Source: Kiritimatiellia bacterium (lineage in GTDB: Bacteria > Verrucomicrobiota > Kiritimatiellia > JAAZAB01). From it: 64,000 nt of DNA. Position numbers and translations under genes: made by a program. Under the pieces are notes generated by a model, which had not been told where the DNA came from, did no database searches, and worked only from the letters and a program-made list of their open reading frames with translations. Shown here one piece after another: positions 58,816 to 64,000 of this stretch (positions are counted from its first letter, which is position 1; each line of letters opens with the position of its first letter). The stretch is taken from NCBI GenBank assembly GCA_040767085.1, contig JAXGPF010000006.1, positions 224,001 to 288,000 on the forward strand, written 5' to 3'.

Positions 58816-59772
58816 TCACGGCTCGATGTGGCCCGGGGCGTGCCGGTGCGCCAGCGCGCGCGCGAAATAATCGTCCAGCAATTCAATTTCAAATTCCGCG
58901 GCCATGGCGCGGGCGCTGGTCTCCGGAATTTCGCTGGAAATCAGCACGGAGCCCAGGCGGCCGGGGTCGCGGATGGTCACGCCCGGGCCGTACTTGACCT
59001 TGAGCGCCGCCAGTTTGTCCCAGTTGTAATCCAGATGCGCGACCACGCAATCCAGGTTGACCGCGGCGGTGACGAAATCGAAATAGTTGGTGCTCTGGGC
59101 CAGGATTTCCCCCAGCGGGTTCAGCATCACTCCCTGCAACTCGCGCTTGCCGAAGGCGCCCACCAGGTGCGCCCGGCAGGAATAAGCCCAGTAATTCTGC
59201 ATCAGGCCGCCATGGTACATCGAGCAGAAGACCAGCAGATCCGGGCGCGCTTGCGCGTATTTAAGGCGCAACTCGTCAAAATTCAGGTCAAAACAAATCG
59301 CGCATCCCACCCGCCCGAAATCGCACTCGAACACCGGGGCATCCTTGCCGAACAAGGCCTGCGACTGGGTATGCTCCTCGATCACCAGGTGATTCTTGTT
59401 GTAAATGCCCAGCACCTGGCCCCGCCGGTCAAGCAATTGGGTGGAATTGCGGAAGGAGCCATCCGGCAATTCGCGCATGGCGGAGTAAGCGATGTAACAA
59501 TGGTTGGCGCGGGCGATCTCGCGCATGGCATCGCGCACCCGGTCGCCGCGGGCGCGGTAATACTTCAGAACGCGCGTGCAGTCGGGCGCGAAATCCGCCG
59601 GCCGGTCGCAACACTCGGGCAGCACAATCAAATCCGGCCGGTCCGGCAACACCTGGGCAATGCGCCCGCGCAGGTGTGCAATGACTTCTTCCACAACCCG
59701 GCGGTCATCCGCCCCATCCACATCCTGCGCCGCGCCGCAACTGATGGAACTGATTTTAACATATTTTGCCAT
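58816..59772 (-). CDS. carbon-nitrogen hydrolase (nitrilase superfamily)
   Basis: VLPEC, YNK, ICFDLNF; paralog of 45975-46913; start at MAKYVK. Confidence 0.9.
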   Translation of the reverse strand: MAKYVKISSISCGAAQDVDGADDRRVVEEVIAHLRGRIAQVLPDRPDLIVLPECCDRPADFAPDCTRVLKYYRARGDRVRDAMREIARANHCYIAYSAMRELPDGSFRNSTQLLDRRGQVLGIYNKNHLVIEEHTQSQALFGKDAPVFECDFGRVGCAICFDLNFDELRLKYAQARPDLLVFCSMYHGGLMQNYWAYSCRAHLVGAFGKRELQGVMLNPLGEILAQSTNYFDFVTAAVNLDCVVAHLDYNWDKLAALKVKYGPGVTIRDPGRLGSVLISSEIPETSARAMAAEFEIELLDDYFARALAHRHAPGHIEP

Positions 59773-59924
59773 AAGGTTTCCTTCGTTGCAATGTCCGGCG
59801 CCCTGCGCCGTCGCATACCCTCCGTGCCGGGCGCCAAACCAGCGGAACATTATTCCGCGCGCCGGCGGGAAGTCAACCACATTCCAAGACCACGACACCA
59901 CATTCCTAAACCGCTGCATGCATA

Positions 59925-60308
59925 GGGTGTAAGACAAATTTGTTGGTAATTTGAATAAACTTTAATTTAACGGCGGATTTCAGTGTGATATATGATCCCG
60001 CCATAGATACAATTCTGTAAATTCCGGTAATTTCGGCCAGGTTACACTATCCTGGCCGAAATTGGGCCACCGCGTTGCGAATTCCGCTCCCCGAGCCTGT
60101 CGAGGGGTTCGAAAAGACAAGGCAAGTTTGGGGTGGATGCGTGCGCGCCGGCGGGCGGGGCTAATCTCGAGATTGCCCCGCTCCCGGCAAGTTCGCCCGC
60201 AGGGTCCGCGCAGCGGACAGACGCCTCAAAATCGCCGCAGTGCTTTTCGAACGGAATTCGCTACGCATCCCTGCCACCGCATTACCTCAACTAATTTGTC
60301 TTACACCT
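59925..60308. mobile_element. 384-bp non-autonomous MITE
   Basis: TIRs GGGTGTAAGACAAATTTGTTG and CAACTAATTTGTCTTACACCT; flanks GCATGCATA / GCATGCCCA (7/9); internal hairpin. Confidence 0.82.
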
Positions 60309-60379
60309 GCATGCCCAATCCGCGCAGTGGGGATTATTAGCATGAGCGGCCGGCGCGGAACGCTGTCGTTGATCCTGTC

Positions 60380-61348
60380 TCACCCGCGTCCGGCACAGAA
60401 GAGCGCGATGTTTTTGAACAGCTTGACGGTGTCCGCCAGGTTGGCTTCGCCGGTAGCCTTCAGGATTTCGGCCAGGCCGGCATCGGGATGCGGGCTGACC
60501 AGCACCACCCTCCCCTTGCCGCAGCCGGCGCGGATGATCGGCGCATATTTTTCCGTGGAATCGAAGTACGCCGGCGCGATGTCGCGGCCGCGCCGGACCA
60601 GCAACGGCCCGTTGCAACGCTTGATTTTCAGCCGGACGGTATAGCGCCTGAGAAATGCCGGGCGCGGATACAGGGCGTAACATACCCGCGCCGCGGAGCC
60701 GGCCAATCCGCGCGCCAGGGGATCGGCCGGGTCCAGCAGCACATCGGCAAAGCCCTGTTCGCGGAAGTAAACATAGGTGGAATCGCATAGGCCCAGGTAA
60801 TCCTTCAACGGGAAAAACGCGCCCGCGCAGAACCCGAACAAGCCGCCGCCGGCGCGCACATAGTCCCGGAAACGGCGGCCCATGGCGGCATTGAGAAAAT
60901 AGCCAAAACCGCCCGGGCAGAAAACCGCGGCATAGCGGCGCATCTCACCGGCCAGGATCTGCTCCGACTGGATGAACTCGTAGTTCAAGCCGGCGATGTC
61001 GAACAATTCCGCCGTGGGATTGGCGCGGTTGGCCCCGGAAAAGCGCCAGGGATAATCGGTGTAAAATCCGATTTTTTCACGCCGGTTGAAGGCGGCGGTT
61101 TCCGCGGCGCGAAACCCGCGGATCATGCCCGCCAGGCGCCGCCGCTGCGGCGGCGCCAGCCCGCCGGCCGGCTTCGTGGGCTGGTGCATCCGCCGCACGG
61201 CCTGTTCCGCGGCGGCGCGGGTGCGGCCGGCATGGCTCCAGAAAATTTTCGATCCGCCGCCCTGGGCGAAGATGGGCATGTAATAGCCATCCGGGCATTT
61301 GCGGATCAGCTTGATATCCTGCTCGAGTTCATTCCGTCGGACATTCAT
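60380..61348 (-). CDS. BPL-N / class-I glutamine amidotransferase-like domain protein
   Basis: VFCPGG, RDYVRAGG..FGFCAGAF, GKGRVVLVSPHP. Confidence 0.75.
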   Translation of the reverse strand: MNVRRNELEQDIKLIRKCPDGYYMPIFAQGGGSKIFWSHAGRTRAAAEQAVRRMHQPTKPAGGLAPPQRRRLAGMIRGFRAAETAAFNRREKIGFYTDYPWRFSGANRANPTAELFDIAGLNYEFIQSEQILAGEMRRYAAVFCPGGFGYFLNAAMGRRFRDYVRAGGGLFGFCAGAFFPLKDYLGLCDSTYVYFREQGFADVLLDPADPLARGLAGSAARVCYALYPRPAFLRRYTVRLKIKRCNGPLLVRRGRDIAPAYFDSTEKYAPIIRAGCGKGRVVLVSPHPDAGLAEILKATGEANLADTVKLFKNIALFCAGRG

Positions 61349-61374
61349 GTTACACCAGGATTTCTTTTAAAAGT

Positions 61375-61402
61375 TTTCCGTGTTCGGGGTTCCGTGTTCG
61401 GG
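61375..61402. repeat. orphan heptamer array
   Basis: TTTCCGT GTTCGGG GTTCCGT GTTCGGG; same unit type as 29665-29727. Confidence 0.6.
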
Positions 61403-61481
61403 GTGTCCATTGCATGGGACAGGCATTTTTGGATATTTAAAATTAGGCGGCCAGGCCCCTGGCCGCTTTCTTCAGCGGTAC

Positions 61482-62492
61482 TCAAGGCGCAAGAATCCGG
61501 GCGACGATTTCGCCTTGCCCCGCGTAGGGATGGGTGGCGGCGTGATGGTCGCCGCGATTGTGGGGATCGATGCGCAGGCATCCGTGGCGCTGGAGATAGC
61601 CCGCGGCCGGCGCGCGCACCGCCCGGGTCTCCAGGGTTGCGGAATCGTAAATCCACCCCAGCAACGCGCCTTTTTTCACCGGCGCCGCCAACCGGATGCC
61701 GGCACGTAAAAACAGGCCCGCGCTGGGCGCCGCCACTTCGATGGCCTGCGCGTCATTGGTCCAGACCTGCGGCACATCGCCCTGCTCCGGCCGGCCCGGC
61801 AGCATCTTCAGCAGTTTTAGACAGTTTTGCACCGCGCGCAAGCCGCGGCGCACTTCCGCTGACACGAGAATATTCTGGCCTGAAAATTCGATGCAGATGG
61901 CGGCGCGGCCGGTGTCGTTGAAATACGAGGTCAGCGTGCAGGGCGTCACCGGCCGCCTTTTGCGTTCCGGCATCCATGCGGAATGGCTCGCAAACCTTAT
62001 CCCCGAGGCCTTGGCCAGTTGCAGGCTGGGCCCGTAACCCGTGCGCGCCAGCACGCCGGCCGCCCAGGTATGATTCCAGGAATGCAGGTCAATATTATGG
62101 GTGGCCTGGTCCACCAGGGCGTGCTTGAGCGCAAACGAGGCGCGCTGCGCGCTGGTGCCCGCGGGGTCGCCCGGCCAGGTGCCGTTGATGTTATTGACCC
62201 GATCGCGGGAGTAAACCCGGCCGATCTCGTAGTCAATATGCGGCTGATGCTTCTGGATCGCGCGCAGGTTGGCAAACGGCAGCAGCAGGCACCGGCCGCG
62301 CTCCAGCCGGCGGCGGAGCATTGGCATCAGCCGCCGGATGACTCCCGTCCCATGCAATTCCGTGCCATGCAAGGCGGCGGTGATCAGCACGCAGGGGCCC
62401 GGACGGCCGGAATCAATTTCGCAATATGAAATTTTATATTCCGCGCCGTCGGACTCGGCGGCCGGAATGGATTTGATTTTTAATGCGTTCAT
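61482..62492 (-). CDS. succinylglutamate desuccinylase/aspartoacylase (M14) family protein
   Basis: GP.VLITAALHGTE, P.AN, NIN..WPG, IDLHS, C-terminal barrel-sandwich AP..G motifs. Confidence 0.85.
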   Translation of the reverse strand: MNALKIKSIPAAESDGAEYKISYCEIDSGRPGPCVLITAALHGTELHGTGVIRRLMPMLRRRLERGRCLLLPFANLRAIQKHQPHIDYEIGRVYSRDRVNNINGTWPGDPAGTSAQRASFALKHALVDQATHNIDLHSWNHTWAAGVLARTGYGPSLQLAKASGIRFASHSAWMPERKRRPVTPCTLTSYFNDTGRAAICIEFSGQNILVSAEVRRGLRAVQNCLKLLKMLPGRPEQGDVPQVWTNDAQAIEVAAPSAGLFLRAGIRLAAPVKKGALLGWIYDSATLETRAVRAPAAGYLQRHGCLRIDPHNRGDHHAATHPYAGQGEIVARILAP

Positions 62493-62932
62493 GATTTTAT
62501 TTCACTCAAAATAACAACGTGAATATCGCTGATTTTCCGGAGGCCAACATCATTGGTTATCAACACGCCGCCGTGTTCCAGCGCACAGGCGGCCTGAAAC
62601 ATATCCGGCAGGGGCAATCCATATTTTGCTCTTAATGCTCCAGCCATGGCGCCGGTTTTACAGGTAAATTCGCAAAGCTTAATATTTTCCGCGTTCACGA
62701 AAGCCTGGCGATATATGTCAGCCAGATCATTGCGCCCGTTGCGCAATGGTTTCACCAAAATTTCCGCCATGGTCACCGGTGTTATCAGTCCCTGGAAATT
62801 TCCGGCTTCCGCGCGCTGTAACAACCATTCGACCACTCCGCCATATTTCTCGTGATTCTCGAAAAGATATATCAGCAGCATGGTGTCAATCACCGCGCCG
62901 CGGCAGCCTTTGAGTTGCTCCGGCAATTTCAT
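62489..62932 (-). CDS. vapC: PIN-domain toxin (VapC family)
   Basis: IDT..LIY, T.AEILVKP, LRAKYGL.LPD..Q.A.A, LITND. Confidence 0.88.
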   Translation of the reverse strand: MKLPEQLKGCRGAVIDTMLLIYLFENHEKYGGVVEWLLQRAEAGNFQGLITPVTMAEILVKPLRNGRNDLADIYRQAFVNAENIKLCEFTCKTGAMAGALRAKYGLPLPDMFQAACALEHGGVLITNDVGLRKISDIHVVILSEIKS

Positions 62933-63162
62933 GGCCGGCTGCCCCATTCAGACCGTAATTGCTTGACATAGTCGGTGGCATCCCGGCCATCGCTCAATTC
63001 CCGGCCGATCCCCCGCAGGCCGCTGGTGGTGGCCGGATACATCACAATGCAGCGTCCGCGGCACTCCATGTTGACGCGCGAAAAAGGGCGCAAGCCCAGT
63101 TTTTGCCGTTCCGCGCGCGGGATCACCACCTGAAACCGTTGCCCCACTTTGGCGGTTGTCAT
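62929..63162 (-). CDS. AbrB/MazE/SpoVT-family antitoxin
   Basis: KVG.RFQVVIP..ER.KLGL...LRG.G...YV..LR.EW; AGGAGG RBS; ATGA overlap with the toxin. Confidence 0.88.
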   Translation of the reverse strand: MTTAKVGQRFQVVIPRAERQKLGLRPFSRVNMECRGRCIVMYPATTSGLRGIGRELSDGRDATDYVKQLRSEWGSRP

Positions 63163-63591
63163 ACACTACCTCCTTTTTCATTCATTTCAGCTTATATCAT
63201 ATTGCCCACCCCAAAAAAGTCAACCATTAAAAGATTAGGGTCAGTCCCGTATTATAGTATTTTGTTCAGACAGATGCGCATTAGAACGCTTTATCGGTTC
63301 TGGTTCATCCCGACCAGCCGCGGGAAATGCAACCAGCAAACTGTCTGCTCCACTGATTTTCCAAGGCTTGCGCAAGCCCGCAATCCGCCATTGCCAAGGC
63401 TTTGGCGGAGACATTCCAACTTCCAGTATTAACCAATTGCCGCCGTGTGCAGGCGGAGATTGACCCTGATGCCGATTTGGTTTACGATGTAACTGGTTTA
63501 GGGGAATGGCGCTTTGACATTTGCCCGCTGGCATCGGTTTTATGCGCGCCAGTAACTGCGTCTGCTCTCTGCTTGAAATATGCATAATCCC

Positions 63592-64000
63592 ATGATATTC
63601 GATTGCTGGACTTCCTATGGGATTGGCCCGAAGAAGGAAGAGCAGGAACGCTGGGCTTTGGCGCACCTGCTGGAGGATCTCGACCATTTCGGACTGGCCG
63701 GCGCGCTGGTGCGCCATGAGCAGGCGCAGCATTACGATCCGATGTTCTGCAACCGGAGGTTGCTGGCGGAACTGGCCCCGCATCGTAACAAACTGTTCCC
63801 CTGCTGGTCGGCGATTCCGCATCAATACGGGGATTTTCCGGCGCCGGCTGAATTTTTGCGCGAGGCGGATGCCGGCGATGTGCGGGCATTCTGCATTCAG
63901 CCGAAATTGCACGGGGTGCCGGCGGACGCCGGCGAGTGGCGGGAATTGGCGGATGCGCTGAACCGGCGACAGACTTTGATTTTGACGCCTTTGTCGGAAT
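63592..64000 (+). CDS. amidohydrolase-family protein (partial, runs off window)
   Basis: Hand-translated open frame MIFDCWTSYG...LLEDLDHFGLAGALVRH...NRRLL...LFPCW..IP...VRAF.IQPKLH; absent from the ORF track because it has no stop in the window. Confidence 0.7.
   Translation, partial: MIFDCWTSYGIGPKKEEQERWALAHLLEDLDHFGLAGALVRHEQAQHYDPMFCNRRLLAELAPHRNKLFPCWSAIPHQYGDFPAPAEFLREADAGDVRAFCIQPKLHGVPADAGEWRELADALNRRQTLILTPLSE

Noticed and set aside
63300-63587. Possible gene fragment (…KALAETFQLPVLTNCRRVQAEIDPDADLVYDVTG…)
   Set aside because: Looks protein-like but I cannot assign a family or a credible start
63241-63912. 223-aa minus-strand ORF
   Set aside because: Largely antisense to the amidohydrolase frame starting at 63592; no motifs
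1-64000. tRNA, rRNA or riboswitch genes
   Set aside because: No cloverleaf, rRNA or riboswitch signature recognised by eye; an Infernal/tRNAscan run would be needed to exclude them

Overview
GC-rich bacterial chromosomal segment; gene content suggests the PVC superphylum, probably Kiritimatiellia/Lentisphaerae (inference). The left half is mostly core genes: clpP-clpX, panD, a Pho regulon (phoB-phoR, porin, pstSCAB-phoU, with 11-bp-period Pho boxes at three promoter regions), recQ, xseA-xseB-dxs-tlyA-nadK, efp-epmA and a partial Tad pilus cluster. The right half (about 38-64 kb) is accessory: secreted beta-helix proteins, glycan/amide hydrolases, a GntR-solute-binding fusion regulator and a VapBC-type TA pair. 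The most notable signals are mobile or repeat DNA: (i) a four-helix-bundle gene inside the tad operon, bracketed by inverted heptamer tandem arrays, with cargo-less or orphan arrays elsewhere; (ii) a RAYT-type HUH transposase bounded by 23-bp terminal inverted repeats; (iii) two IS1202-like elements stacked at one 16-bp target; (iv) a two-copy MITE family with 9-bp target duplications; (v) attC-like and IS66 remnants and nested small palindromic repeats. No rRNA, tRNA or CRISPR array was recognised. All calls come from reading the sequence by eye; no searches were run.
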